A stretch of DNA of 64,000 nucleotides from an uncultured Chlamydiales bacterium (GTDB taxonomy: Bacteria > Chlamydiota > Chlamydiia > Chlamydiales > Rhabdochlamydiaceae). The stretch lies in NCBI GenBank assembly GCA_963700985.1, contig OY969554.1, positions 704,001-768,000 on the forward strand, given 5' to 3'. How positions within the stretch are numbered: position 1 is the stretch's first letter; every line of letters starts with the position of its first letter. Both the position numbers and the translations under genes were made by a program. Below the pieces are notes generated by a model. The model was given only the letters and a program-made list of their open reading frames with translations. It was not told the DNA's origin and searched no databases. Shown in pieces: positions 18,850 to 29,491 of this stretch.

Positions 18850-18972
18850 ACAGGATCCGCTTCGCTAGCAGGATCGCCGCTTACGCGTCGACAGGATAAG
18901 TAAGATGAAGAGGGAAGCTTTTTTTATCTTGCATATCCGGCCGGCGCTTTGCGCCGATCCTGCTTATCCTGT
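18850..18972. repeat. Palindromic repeat with ACAGGAT...ATCCTGT ends and small GC hairpins
   Basis: Three CAGGAT units on the left, ATCCTGCTTATCCTGT on the right; lies between convergent genes. Confidence 0.6.
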
Positions 18973-18995
18973 AAATGATTTACTAATAAAGCTTG

Positions 18996-20957
18996 TTAGA
19001 GTGGTGTTGAGATGAGAGGCTCTTCGACTCGTTCGACATGCTCGACGCGATCGCGCATCGTAAAGGCTTCCCACATATCTCTGAAGCCTTTGCATTTTTG
19101 CAGTAGCTCATCGCGTGGTCCTTCAGCGATTTTCTCGCCTCTTTCTAGATAGATAATCTTATCCGCATGTTCGACAGTTGCCAAGCGGTGCGCGATGATG
19201 ATCTGCGTCACTTCGCCATGCAGCTCTGCAATCGCGTTTTTGATGCGATTTTCGCTGATGGCATCGAGTGAAGATGTGGCCTCGTCGAGAATCAGGATCG
19301 GTGCATTTTTAACCAGCGCGCGCGCAATAGCAAGGCGCTGCTGTTGACCACCCGAAAGGTTTTTGCCAGTTTCGGCTAATAAAGAATCATATTTTTCTGG
19401 CAAGCGCACAATAAACTCATCCGCATGGGCGCGCTTTGCTGCATTCTCTATCGACTCGCGCGAAAAATTGCGACCGAATGCAATATTAGCAGCTACCGTG
19501 TCATAGAAAAGAAAGGGTTTCTGAGAAACAAAAGCGATCTTTTCGCGAAGAGATTTTTGCGCGTAAGAGTTCAATGGTTTCCCATCGACGCGAATCTCCC
19601 CTTTTTGCACATCGTAAAGACGTGGAAGCAGTTGTACGATCGTAGACTTTCCTGCGCCGGTTGGGCCGACAATTGCAACTGTCTCCCCTTTTTTGATTTT
19701 GAAGCTAACATCTTTCAGAACCCACTCGCCATCATAGCGAAACCAGACGTGATCGAATTCTATTGAGTCTTCAAAATTCTCAAACTGGAGAGCTCCCGCT
19801 TTATCTTCGATATGTGAGCGCTGCGTTAAAACTTCAAACATCCGTTCTGCTGCAACTACTCCCCTCTGAATATTCGCATTCTCATCAGCAAACTTCTTAA
19901 CAGGTTCATAGATCAACTGGAGAAGTCCGCAGAAGACGATAAGCTGAGAAAGACTCATGCCGAGTGTATAAAGACCAAATAGCACCACGCTGGCAAGACA
20001 GATGGTTGTAATAGCATGCAGAATAGGTCTGGTGAGCAGCCCATATTTAGCAGTTTTACTCTCTAAAACAGCCATGCGATCGTTCTGCTCTTTGTATTTG
20101 CTGAGTGAAAACGATTCCATTGCAAAAATTTTTACAGTCTGAATACCTGCTAAAAAGTCGATTAAAACCGAGGCAAACTTCTCTTGATTAGATTGCAGCT
20201 GGCGCGAAACGCGTTTAACTCGTCTGGCCAAAAGAACAATCGGAAGAACGATTAGAGGCACACCAAAGAAAATCACCAAGGAAAGCTGCCAGGAAAGATA
20301 AAAGCACATCATCAAACAGGTGACTAGTGTAAATGGCGTCTGAAGGTAGTTAGTGAGCCAAGAGTTAATCGAAGTGGCAATCTGGCCAGCATCTCCCACC
20401 ACACGTGAGGAGAGCCCTCCAATATTATGCTGCTGATAAAAACTCATCGGCAGAGCTTGGATGTGTTCAAAATACTGCTGTCTTAAGTCGCGGCTGACGC
20501 GAATCGATAAGATCTGAGTAGTGTATCTGCTAGCAAACAGCCATATGGCTTTAAAAACAGCCACGCAAACCAAGATGGCAATAAGCGCATTGATGTTATC
20601 TGATAAACTGAACTGTGATTTAACTTTATGGATGACCCAATTTAATGGGTTTGTCTCTTTGCTCTGTGATAGATATGCAGCGGCCTGCTGTTTGGTGATC
20701 GCGCCTGTGCCCTGTGTATCGATCTGCGTCCATCTGGCTTGAACTTCGCCAATTGAGATTTCATTCTGCTGGATATTCTTTTCTGTTTTTTCTGTTCCGA
20801 ATAGAGCGAAGAAGTCAGAGCCGTTATTTGCAAGCACACCGAGCGCAAACATCTCCATCTGGCTAGCGATAGTCAATGCAAAAAGAGTCAAGAAGGTGGT
20901 GATCAGCAGTGCAAGATGCTTTTTACTGCGTAAAGCAGCCTGCAAGAGTAGTTTCAT
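18996..20957 (-). CDS. msbA: MsbA-like ABC transporter (fused TMD and NBD)
   Basis: TM domain, GPTGAGKS, LSGGQ, ILDEATS; adjacent to accA. Confidence 0.85.
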   Translation of the reverse strand: MKLLLQAALRSKKHLALLITTFLTLFALTIASQMEMFALGVLANNGSDFFALFGTEKTEKNIQQNEISIGEVQARWTQIDTQGTGAITKQQAAAYLSQSKETNPLNWVIHKVKSQFSLSDNINALIAILVCVAVFKAIWLFASRYTTQILSIRVSRDLRQQYFEHIQALPMSFYQQHNIGGLSSRVVGDAGQIATSINSWLTNYLQTPFTLVTCLMMCFYLSWQLSLVIFFGVPLIVLPIVLLARRVKRVSRQLQSNQEKFASVLIDFLAGIQTVKIFAMESFSLSKYKEQNDRMAVLESKTAKYGLLTRPILHAITTICLASVVLFGLYTLGMSLSQLIVFCGLLQLIYEPVKKFADENANIQRGVVAAERMFEVLTQRSHIEDKAGALQFENFEDSIEFDHVWFRYDGEWVLKDVSFKIKKGETVAIVGPTGAGKSTIVQLLPRLYDVQKGEIRVDGKPLNSYAQKSLREKIAFVSQKPFLFYDTVAANIAFGRNFSRESIENAAKRAHADEFIVRLPEKYDSLLAETGKNLSGGQQQRLAIARALVKNAPILILDEATSSLDAISENRIKNAIAELHGEVTQIIIAHRLATVEHADKIIYLERGEKIAEGPRDELLQKCKGFRDMWEAFTMRDRVEHVERVEEPLISTPL

Positions 20958-20979
20958 AAGATAAGCTCAAAAGTAGACT

Positions 20980-21933
20980 TTAGTGTGTAGACTCAGTAAA
21001 TCTACCCATTTTGCGGAATTTTAAATAGCGTTGTCTGATCAATTCATCCGGAGGGATCTGTTTTAACATCTTCCACTTGTCTAAAACAAACTCCTTTACA
21101 ATTCGGTAAACATGTTGTGGATCGTGATGAGCTCCGCCTAAAGGCTCCTCGAGAATCGTATCGATAATTTCAAATTTTAATAGATCTTCAGCGTGGATCT
21201 TCAGCGCACTAGCCGCAGTTTCGTTTTTGCCGGCATCTTTCCAGAGAATCGAAGCGCAGCCCTCAGGAGAAATAACTGAATAATAAGAGTGTTCGAGCAT
21301 CGCGATCTCATCGCCGATCCCCATCCCTAAAGCTCCACCCGAACAACCTTCCCCTATTAGAAGCACGATTACGGGAGTTTCAAGCTTAGACATTTCCCAA
21401 AGATTTTGTGCAATCGCCCAACCCTGACCACGCTCTTCTGCAGTTAGGCCAGGATAAGCACCAGGAGTGTCTAAAAGTGACAATATAGGCAGTTTAAACT
21501 TCTCAGCCAGACGCATGCAGCGCAGCGCTTTGCGGTAGCCTTCGGGATGCGGCATGCCAAAGTTTCGTTCAAGTCGGCTTTCGGTATCGCAACCTTTTTC
21601 TTGAGCGATGATCATGAATTTCACGCTACCGATTTTACCCAGGCCGCAAATAATAGCAGGATCATTGCGGAATAGACGATCGCCACACAGCTCGGTGAAA
21701 TCTTCGCAAAGGTTTTTAATGTAATCAATAGAACGTGGGCGCGCGGGATGACGGCAAATAGCGACGCGTTCCCAAGGAGTTAGGTTTGAGTAAACGCGAT
21801 TTTTAAGCTGCTCGAGCTTCTTTTCCAATTTGAGGAGCTCATCTTCAGACCAGAGAGAATTATTCTTATTCTGCTCTTTGACCTGAGTGATCGTCTTCTC
21901 ATATTCTAAAATCTGCTTCTCATGCGGCAGCAT
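20980..21933 (-). CDS. accA: Acetyl-CoA carboxylase carboxyltransferase alpha subunit
   Basis: [34 protein letters not shown]. Confidence 0.97.
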   Translation of the reverse strand: MLPHEKQILEYEKTITQVKEQNKNNSLWSEDELLKLEKKLEQLKNRVYSNLTPWERVAICRHPARPRSIDYIKNLCEDFTELCGDRLFRNDPAIICGLGKIGSVKFMIIAQEKGCDTESRLERNFGMPHPEGYRKALRCMRLAEKFKLPILSLLDTPGAYPGLTAEERGQGWAIAQNLWEMSKLETPVIVLLIGEGCSGGALGMGIGDEIAMLEHSYYSVISPEGCASILWKDAGKNETAASALKIHAEDLLKFEIIDTILEEPLGGAHHDPQHVYRIVKEFVLDKWKMLKQIPPDELIRQRYLKFRKMGRFTESTH

Positions 21934-21956
21934 ACGTAAACCCTTTTTATGTGAGG

Positions 21957-23000
21957 TTAGCGAGTCGGAGTTGCGACCTCTATTCCTGGCAGGCGCGCCT
22001 CTCTAAAATCTTTTACAATCATCACAAAGCATGGCTTAGTGATGATAATCGAAAAAAGCTCTTCCATATCTTCTGCGGAAAGAAGAATCGAGCCATCGCT
22101 CTCATTTTTTCCAATGATTTCGCGGTTTTCAACCATCTGGCCAGTTTTGGAATCGAGCACCCAGGGAGCGCCATGAATTCCATACCCTTTAGTTAAAACT
22201 GCGGTTCCTTCAATTGCTTCATGAAACGGAATCCAACGTGTTCCAAAAACGCTGACCATTTCGACTTTCTGATCGCGAAAAAAGCCCGATGTTCCAGGTT
22301 TATAAATCGCAATCTTGCTTCCCAGTGAATAGGTTCCAAGCGGAGTCAAGCTTCCAGAAGAACTAAGCGAGTCTGGACGTCCCACGGCCACTTGAAAAGT
22401 CTTTAGAAGCACGCGCTCTTTTGTATCGAGGTCTAAATAGTAGAAACCCATTTTACAACGGGCTAAATCGACCAGCAGATAAAAATTAATGTGCTTATCT
22501 TTGCGAAAGACGTTAAAACGGCTTCCCGGAGAGACTTTTTGTGTGAAGTAATCTGAGACACCATTCAAGCTGCGGGCAATGAAATGACGGGATGTCGCAT
22601 AGTGAGTGGCATAGTCCGAAATCCAAGCTGGACGACCTTTTAGCCAGGGAACAGAACTCGCATAAGTTAGGGTTTCGACAATCGGAAGTTTAGCTGGACC
22701 CGTAGTAAATAGTTGAAAGACTCGGTCGATGTTAGGAAAATCTTGAACAGATGAACTGGCAGGCAGAGCTTTTGAAGGCTGATTCCCCTTATCTGAACGG
22801 CTTTCTTTAGCGTTAGTTTGGGCTTTTTCACCCTTAACAGTTTTTTGGGCAGCTTCCTTCTTAGGCGAAGGGAGATTAGCCTCTGTTTTTAAGGCAGAAG
22901 TGGTCGTTTTGGAAGCTGGCTTCTTTTTAATAAGAGCCACCCCTCCAATAATCGCGAATACCGCAATTGCGCCTAAAAAGAGAATTTTTGGAAAAGACAA
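21957..23000 (-). CDS. Membrane-anchored YkuD/L,D-transpeptidase-like protein (catalytic Cys replaced by Ser)
   Basis: N-terminal TM helix, VAVG...TPLG, FGTRWI, YGIHG...SDGSI; TTG start. Confidence 0.75.
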   Translation of the reverse strand: MSFPKILFLGAIAVFAIIGGVALIKKKPASKTTTSALKTEANLPSPKKEAAQKTVKGEKAQTNAKESRSDKGNQPSKALPASSSVQDFPNIDRVFQLFTTGPAKLPIVETLTYASSVPWLKGRPAWISDYATHYATSRHFIARSLNGVSDYFTQKVSPGSRFNVFRKDKHINFYLLVDLARCKMGFYYLDLDTKERVLLKTFQVAVGRPDSLSSSGSLTPLGTYSLGSKIAIYKPGTSGFFRDQKVEMVSVFGTRWIPFHEAIEGTAVLTKGYGIHGAPWVLDSKTGQMVENREIIGKNESDGSILLSAEDMEELFSIIITKPCFVMIVKDFREARLPGIEVATPTR

Positions 23001-23143
23001 AAGCCTTTAACCCCCAAGCATCGGTGAAATTATGCTAACTATTATCACTAAAGCTGAATAATTTTCAACAAAAGGCTGCTAAACATATAAATAAAATATT
23101 TATATTCAACTAGAATAGATTAGCTTAAACATGCCTAAAAACT

Positions 23144-23485
23144 CTAGGGGCGCTGAGCGGGAGGATTCTGAGATTGCGCCTGTTGCTGCTTCAAGCGATC
23201 TCTTTCAATCAACTTGCGCATCTTTTTTCCAGGTGTGAATTTGACAGCCAAGCGAGCTGGAATTACGATGGGAACACCGGCATTTTTAGGATTACGGCCA
23301 ATCTTCTGCTTTCTTTCGACAACTTCGAAGACACCAAAATCACGGAATTCAAGTCGATCACCTTTACCTAAAAATTGTGTCATCGCATCCAGAAAAGACT
23401 GGATAACGTTACGCACATCGTTCGGATGGATGCTTCTCTCTTGAGAAATAACCTGGATTAGCTTCTTTTTAGTGATCGTTCCCAT
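23144..23485 (-). CDS. HU/IHF family DNA-binding protein
   Basis: LEFRDFGVF, GRNPKN, VKFTPGK. Confidence 0.95.
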   Translation of the reverse strand: MGTITKKKLIQVISQERSIHPNDVRNVIQSFLDAMTQFLGKGDRLEFRDFGVFEVVERKQKIGRNPKNAGVPIVIPARLAVKFTPGKKMRKLIERDRLKQQQAQSQNPPAQRP

Positions 23486-23563
23486 ATCTTAAGACTCCTG
23501 TTGCCAACACTTTCGGCGAATAAGCTCATTGTTGTATCGCACTGATTTTCAAGCAAGTGGTTT

Positions 23564-24838
23564 TCAGCTCTCAACCTCAATTAGCACCTTTTTTTTCTTT
23601 CCCGAACCGAGAAGAAGATAGCGGCCTCCAATGAGATGCTCTGTTTTGAAGCTGAATTGCACATCTTGGATTTTTTCATTATTTACATAAGCTCCGCCAT
23701 TATTAATCAAGCGGACGGCCTCTCCCTTGCTTGCAAGCAGACCAATTTTAACTGAAAGATCTGTGTAACGCTCTCCCACTATCTCATGACTTTTCAAAGA
23801 AACATGCGGCATATCTTTAGCAATTTCTTGCAAAACTTGCGGATCAAGCATGGTTTCTGTGCCCGGCTTTGCTCCATCAGTAACTTTGAGCGCCGTTTGT
23901 AGCCCCTCTTCTCCATGCACAAGACGCGTCACCTCTTCAGCAAGCCTTCGCTGGGCAGTGTTGGGCATGTAATCGGCTTTTTCCATCATTTGAACATACG
24001 TCTCAATCTCTTCCAAGTCCATGTAGGTCAAGAGGCGCATGAGCTTGATTACATCGGCATCGGGCATGCGGAAAAGGTATTGATAAAACTGGTAGGGTGA
24101 TACGCGCTCTGGGGAAAGCCAGATCGCGCCTTCTTCGGTCTTGCCAAATTTTTTGCCGTCGCTACGTGTAAGCAACTGAAAAGTTAAACCATAAGCCGGC
24201 TTGGCAAGCACTTTGCGAATAAGCTCAATCCCGCTGACAATATTCCCCCATTGGTCGCTACCACCCATTTGCAGCACCACACCATATTCACGCTGCAGAT
24301 AAAGAAAATCATAGGCTTGCAAAAGTTGGTAGCAGAACTCAGTAAAGCTAATTCCATCTTCCGATTCTAAGCGCGAGCGCACCATCTCTTTGGCCAGCAT
24401 CGTACTCACGCGGAAGTTCTTTCCTGTATCACGCAAAAAATCGATCAAATTAACTTCTGAAAACCAGGTGTCATTATTGAGAATCACCGGACGTGTTGCA
24501 GGATTAGAAAAATCGAGGATCTGCTCAAAGTGCTTTTGAATGCCTGAGATATTATATTCGATGGTCGCGCTATCCAGAAGTGGTCTTTCAATACTTTTGC
24601 CTGAAGGATCTCCAATTCGGCCAGTGGCTCCGCCTAAGATGACGTAAGGTGCATGTCCAAAACGTTGAAACCAACCCAGCGCGACAATCCCCATCAAATT
24701 GCCCAAATGAAGGCTATCTGCTGACGGATCGAAACCGATATAAACTTTAATGGGGTTTTTAACGATGAGGCGAATCTCTTCGCTGGTCATTGCCTCTATG
24801 AATCCCCTCTTTTGAAGGCATTCAATCAGATCTTGCAT
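23564..24838 (-). CDS. tyrS: Tyrosine--tRNA ligase
   Basis: YIGFDPSADSLHLGN, QMGGSDQWGNI, KFGKT, C-terminal S4-like domain. Confidence 0.97.
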   Translation of the reverse strand: MQDLIECLQKRGFIEAMTSEEIRLIVKNPIKVYIGFDPSADSLHLGNLMGIVALGWFQRFGHAPYVILGGATGRIGDPSGKSIERPLLDSATIEYNISGIQKHFEQILDFSNPATRPVILNNDTWFSEVNLIDFLRDTGKNFRVSTMLAKEMVRSRLESEDGISFTEFCYQLLQAYDFLYLQREYGVVLQMGGSDQWGNIVSGIELIRKVLAKPAYGLTFQLLTRSDGKKFGKTEEGAIWLSPERVSPYQFYQYLFRMPDADVIKLMRLLTYMDLEEIETYVQMMEKADYMPNTAQRRLAEEVTRLVHGEEGLQTALKVTDGAKPGTETMLDPQVLQEIAKDMPHVSLKSHEIVGERYTDLSVKIGLLASKGEAVRLINNGGAYVNNEKIQDVQFSFKTEHLIGGRYLLLGSGKKKKVLIEVES

Positions 24839-24894
24839 GCAACACCTCTAAAAAGGAGCCAATAATTAAACTTAAGTGCTTTTCTGTCAACTCA

Positions 24895-25197
24895 TTAGGT
24901 GAGTTTCTTAGGATTATTGATTTGAAGTTGCTGCGCTAGCTGTGAGATCTTTTGGCTAATATCAGCTGCATTCTGGTTCTCATCAAAAAGGGAAATGGCC
25001 TTCGTGCGTAAAACCACACGCGTGGCTGCATGACGCGAAATCCAGCGATGAATCTCGAAAGTTTTTTCTTTGAGGGCTTGAGGTGTGATCTGACGATCTG
25101 CAGCTTCTAGTTGCTTCTGCAGTTTTTCGCGCGCTCTGCGAGTTTTTGGACTCTCTTCCGCAAATGCCTTACTCTTCTGATTTTCGCCTGAAGACAT
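24895..25197 (-). CDS. Hypothetical protein
   Basis: About 100-aa ORF from ATG 25197 preceded by GGAG. Confidence 0.55.
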   Translation of the reverse strand: MSSGENQKSKAFAEESPKTRRAREKLQKQLEAADRQITPQALKEKTFEIHRWISRHAATRVVLRTKAISLFDENQNAADISQKISQLAQQLQINNPKKLT

Positions 25198-25290
25198 GGT
25201 TAAGCTCCCGTTCACATTGCTTGTCAGACTAAGTTCCCCGCGGATTTTATGCAACACTCCCCACTTTACTATCTGAAAACAAAAATTAGA

Positions 25291-25461
25291 TTAACCACAG
25301 AGTCACAGAGAGCACAGAGCTAAGAGAGATTATTTTTCGCGGGCGAGGCAAAAAATAATCCCCTCACGACTTCGCCGCCGAATCAGCGGCGAGAGGATGT
25401 CAGTTTTTTTGCTTCGCTCGCAAAAAAATGACTTCTTTTTTCTCTGTGCCTCTGTGGTTAA
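25291..25461. repeat. Palindromic intergenic repeat, copy 2 of the 4226-4403 family
   Basis: Perfect 12-bp inverted ends TTAACCACAGAG/CTCTGTGGTTAA and three internal hairpins. Confidence 0.85.
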
Positions 25462-25527
25462 TTTTAAACCCAACCGTTTTGCTTCTTAAAAGGCTTACGT
25501 GTATTCTGAAGAAAAAAAGGAAAAAAT

Positions 25528-26208
25528 ATGACTTTAGAAAAAGCTAAAAAGGCCGTGGGATACACTGCGGCAGAGTTTGTTGAAAATGGCATGATCGTTG
25601 GACTCGGCACCGGCTCGACCGCAGCCTATTTCATCGAACGTCTCGCCCAAAGATGCAAAGAAGGCTTGTCGATCAAAGTCGTCTGCAGCTCCGTTGCATC
25701 TTCTGAGCTCGCCAAACGAGAAGGCCTTCATCCCCATGATATAAATAAAATCTCGGTGATCGATTTGACTGTAGATGGTGCTGATGAGATCGATGAACAA
25801 AAACGCATGATCAAAGGTGGTGGCGGCGCCTGTGTACGTGAAAAAATCGTGGCCACCATGAGCCGCGAAATGGTTGTGATTATCGATGAGACAAAAATCG
25901 TAACCCACCTAGGTGCGCGCAAACTTCCTGTCGAGATTATTCCTTTTGCCCATCCCGTTACCGTAAATCATCTAAAAAAAATTGGCTACGAAGGCCAGTG
26001 GCGCAAAAAAACCGATGGATCACTCTTCTTAACAGACAATGGGAACTATCTCTTCGATGTCACCCTTTCTAATCCATGCACAGACCCAGAAAAAGTGCAT
26101 TTGGAAATTCTTAAAACTCCTGGTGTTCTCGATACAGGCTTTTTCTTCAACCTTGCTGGACGTGTGGTGATCGGTTTTTCCGATGGACAAATTGTCATCC
26201 GTCCCTAA
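25528..26208 (+). CDS. rpiA: Ribose-5-phosphate isomerase A
   Basis: GLGTGST, DGADE, KGGGG, TDNGNY. Confidence 0.97.
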   Translation: MTLEKAKKAVGYTAAEFVENGMIVGLGTGSTAAYFIERLAQRCKEGLSIKVVCSSVASSELAKREGLHPHDINKISVIDLTVDGADEIDEQKRMIKGGGGACVREKIVATMSREMVVIIDETKIVTHLGARKLPVEIIPFAHPVTVNHLKKIGYEGQWRKKTDGSLFLTDNGNYLFDVTLSNPCTDPEKVHLEILKTPGVLDTGFFFNLAGRVVIGFSDGQIVIRP

Positions 26209-26240
26209 TATGAGGAAATAGTTAACAATCGAGCTGTTCT

Positions 26241-26654
26241 ATGCCCTCTGATCTAATCCCCGTGTCTTTTAACAAGATCATGCAAGCGCAGTCTTACACC
26301 GTGATTGTGCTCGGCACAGAGAATAAAAAATTCGCTATCTATACCGACCCAAGCGTCGGCCGAAACATCCAGCTCTATCTAACCGAAGAGCATAAACCTA
26401 GACCTTATACCCACGATCTCATCCATTCCATCTTCGATGGCTTGAACATCAAAATCTTGCAGATTGTGATCAATAACGTTGAAGATACCATCTACTTTGC
26501 TAGGCTCTTTCTCGAACAGCAAATCGGCGATGAGCGCCACATCTTAGAAATTGACGCCAGGCCCAGCGACTGCGTCACACTTGCGCTCATGCACAATGCG
26601 CCTGTCTTTTGTAAAAAAGAAATTCTCGAAAAGGCTGTGCCCCTCGAAGATTAA
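26241..26654 (+). CDS. Bifunctional nuclease (DUF151) family protein
   Basis: RPYTHDL and IDARPSD motifs. Confidence 0.9.
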   Translation: MPSDLIPVSFNKIMQAQSYTVIVLGTENKKFAIYTDPSVGRNIQLYLTEEHKPRPYTHDLIHSIFDGLNIKILQIVINNVEDTIYFARLFLEQQIGDERHILEIDARPSDCVTLALMHNAPVFCKKEILEKAVPLED

Positions 26655-26659
26655 GAAAT

Positions 26660-26938
26660 CTAGTATTTAACGTTGAATTTGCTACGGGCGAGAGTCAGGA
26701 TCGATTTGACCGCTTCTTCAGCATCATCACCCTCGGCTTCGATCTGAATTTTGGCGCCACGTGCAGCCGCAAGCATCAAAATCCCTAAAAGAGACTTGGC
26801 GTTCACGCTCATATCTTGATAACAGAGCGTAACTTGAGATTTAAAAGAAGCAGCACATTTTACAAGCTCCGTCGAAGGACGGGTATGTAGACCTTTTTCA
26901 TTGACGACGACAAAGTAGTCTTTGAATTTCCGAGCCAT
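26660..26938 (-). CDS. ptsH: Phosphocarrier protein HPr
   Basis: GLHTRP and NAKSLLGILML motifs. Confidence 0.95.
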   Translation of the reverse strand: MARKFKDYFVVVNEKGLHTRPSTELVKCAASFKSQVTLCYQDMSVNAKSLLGILMLAAARGAKIQIEAEGDDAEEAVKSILTLARSKFNVKY

Positions 26939-27074
26939 AGCTTATGTGTCCGCTTTGCGGTTTTAGAAGAAGGTGGTCTTTCCAAGCCAAGCGACTCGTA
27001 CAACCACCCCTTTATAGAATGAAATACTTCGCGGAGAGCATTTCCAGCAATACTTTTTTACGCCAATGCCTCTT

Positions 27075-28925
27075 TTATTTGCTCAGCAGCTGCTCGAGCT
27101 CTGTAACTAATGCATCAAAATGACGAATAGTCGCCTCGACTGCATCCGGCTTGCGCATATCCACACCGGCTATTTCAAGCAGGTCAAGCGGATAACGACT
27201 TCCACCTGATGAAAGGAAGCGCAGGTAACGCTCGCGCGTTTCGTCACCCTCTTTAAGAACTTTTTCACATAGTGCATGCGCCGCGCTAATGCCTGTGGCA
27301 TACTGATAAACGTAGAAGTTGTAGTAAAAGTGCGGGATTCTGGCCCATTCGATATCAATTTCTTCATCACAGACAACATTCTCACCAAAATATTCTGTGT
27401 TCAACTTACGGTATTCGCTTTTCAAAAGCGCAGGCGTGATCGGTACATTTTTCTCAGCCCACTCATGCAGGCGCAGTTCAAATTCAGCAAACATGGTCTG
27501 TCTAAAGAATGTGCCGCGAATATCCTCAATCTTCTGATTAATCAGAAAAGCGCGCAGATTTTTATCTTTGGTTTTAGCCAGCAGATCATGCACCAGAAGC
27601 TCTTCATTGAAAGTTGAAGCGACTTCCGCCACAAAGATCGGATATTGCGAATCTTGATATGGCTGATGCTTGCAGCTGTAAAGTGAATGCATGCTATGCC
27701 CGGCCTCATGCGCCAAGGTTGTGAAGTCGTTAAATGCACCCTGATAATTCATCAAAATAAAGGGCATACTATCATAGCTACCGCTTGAGTAAGCTCCCGA
27801 GCGCTTGCGTAAGTTTTCAAACTTATCCACCCATCTGTCGCGCTTCAATCCATTTTCCAGAGCTTTTTGATACTCAGCGCCCAATGGCTTAACCGACTGC
27901 ACAATCTGATCTACCGCATCTGGATAGCTAATAGAAAAAGAGAAATCTGGCACAAGCGGAACCTGCAGATCATAAAAATGCAGTTCATCATATTTGAGCA
28001 GCCGTTTGCGCAGAGCCATATAACGATGCAGCGAGCCTAAATTATTACGCACGGCCTCAATTAGTGACGTGTAGACTTTTGTATCGACTTGGTGTGGAAA
28101 AAGCGCCGCATCTAAACAAGAATCATATTTGCGTGCGCGCATGTTGAAAATATGCTTCTGAACTTGGCCGTTGATCAGCTCGCAAATCGTATTCTCATAT
28201 TGCTTATAGCCCTGGAGCATGGCGTGAAAAGCTTCTTTACGCAGCTTGCGATCACTACCACGCAAGTAAACCAGATACTTACCATGTGTCAGTTCCCATT
28301 TCTTGCCTTGGCTATCTTCGACTGCCGGAAATTTTAAATCTGCATTGTTGAACGCGCTAAATGCCTTGGCCGATGACTCAAGCGCATTTCCTGCAATCGC
28401 CAGGAGCTCTTCTTTTTCGGCTGAAAGCGTGTGCGGTTTCATGCGAATGATTTTTTCGAGATAGATGTGATAATCTTTCAGTGCAGGGGCCTTAAGATAC
28501 TGATTGAGTGTCGCCTCAGGCAGCGCCAAAATCTCTGGCTCGATCCACGACGTCTCCTGTCTTAAATCAAAGAGCAGTGATGAGATGCGTGAATGCGCTT
28601 TTTTATACTTATCTTCAGCCACATCCTCGTCATGACGCAGGTGTGAATAGACGTAGACATTCGAAAGCGCCCTTTCTATTTGAAAGAAAACGTCGAAGAG
28701 ATTGCGCAAGGTCTCAGGGCCATCAGCCAACTGCCCCTTGAAAGCGGCGATCTCTGGCCAATGCAGACCCTTGCTATCTTCTCTCCCCCACTTCTTCATA
28801 TCCTGTTCCCAAGCATCTGCGTTGGCATAAAGAGCCTCCACATTCCAGCGATCGGCCGGGGCGATCTCTTCTCGAGTAACAGTTTTTTTCTCTTCCGCAA
28901 AAGGTGTTTGAATCATAGCCGCCAT
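27075..28925 (-). CDS. pepF: Oligoendopeptidase F (M3B)
   Basis: KRSGAYS, TLAHEAGHSMH, FVAEVAS, WARIPHFY. Confidence 0.96.
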   Translation of the reverse strand: MAAMIQTPFAEEKKTVTREEIAPADRWNVEALYANADAWEQDMKKWGREDSKGLHWPEIAAFKGQLADGPETLRNLFDVFFQIERALSNVYVYSHLRHDEDVAEDKYKKAHSRISSLLFDLRQETSWIEPEILALPEATLNQYLKAPALKDYHIYLEKIIRMKPHTLSAEKEELLAIAGNALESSAKAFSAFNNADLKFPAVEDSQGKKWELTHGKYLVYLRGSDRKLRKEAFHAMLQGYKQYENTICELINGQVQKHIFNMRARKYDSCLDAALFPHQVDTKVYTSLIEAVRNNLGSLHRYMALRKRLLKYDELHFYDLQVPLVPDFSFSISYPDAVDQIVQSVKPLGAEYQKALENGLKRDRWVDKFENLRKRSGAYSSGSYDSMPFILMNYQGAFNDFTTLAHEAGHSMHSLYSCKHQPYQDSQYPIFVAEVASTFNEELLVHDLLAKTKDKNLRAFLINQKIEDIRGTFFRQTMFAEFELRLHEWAEKNVPITPALLKSEYRKLNTEYFGENVVCDEEIDIEWARIPHFYYNFYVYQYATGISAAHALCEKVLKEGDETRERYLRFLSSGGSRYPLDLLEIAGVDMRKPDAVEATIRHFDALVTELEQLLSK

Positions 28926-29117
28926 ATAAACCCAATTTATTCATGTATGTTAGAAGCTAGATAATCTATTCGTCCGATCTTTGTAAAGTCAAGATTTGAT
29001 CGCTTTACAGGATTAGAACCAAGAACCTTACCCATTTTGATATCCCCTAAATTAGCATTATTGCCTCAGATTTCATCAAAAAACAGCATTAAGGCCTTTG
29101 CTTTGTGAGGATCGATG

Positions 29118-29147
29118 TTGCGCGAAAAAATGTAAATGACTTACAAT
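29118..29147 (+). promoter_or_regulatory. Candidate sigma66 promoter with overlapping inverted repeat for the TA operon
   Basis: TTGCGC-N18-TACAAT; TGTAA-N5-TTACA at 29131-29145. Confidence 0.5.
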
Positions 29148-29174
29148 TTATGCTTCTTGTAACGTAAAGTAAGC

Positions 29175-29489
29175 ATGAAAAGGCCCCATAAAATTCCTGA
29201 GGTGTTAAAAAAGGCGAGAGAGTGTCTTGACTCGGGTCGTTATCAGGATACTTCCCATGCGATGCAAAGAAAACTTCAGCGTAAAATTAGCTTGCCGCAT
29301 GTTCTATATGTGATAAGAAATGGCTACCATGAGAAAAGGAAAGACGAATACAAGCTTGAATATAATGATTGGACGTATGCCATCAGAGGGCGGACCATCG
29401 ATGGCCAAGACATACGAATTGCTATTGCTTTCGATAAAGATGGCATGCTAATTATCACAGTAATTGTGATTACTAAAGGATCTGAGTAG
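29175..29489 (+). CDS. DUF4258-like putative toxin
   Basis: TSHAMQRKLQRKIS start, YAIRG, LIITVI end; basic 104 aa; 2 bp from an HTH gene. Confidence 0.8.
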   Translation: MKRPHKIPEVLKKARECLDSGRYQDTSHAMQRKLQRKISLPHVLYVIRNGYHEKRKDEYKLEYNDWTYAIRGRTIDGQDIRIAIAFDKDGMLIITVIVITKGSE

Positions 29490-29491
29490 AT

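Noticed and set aside
25291-25461. CRISPR array suggested by CACAGAG units
   Set aside because: Units are 7-9 bp, inverted at the two ends, with no spacers and no cas genes.
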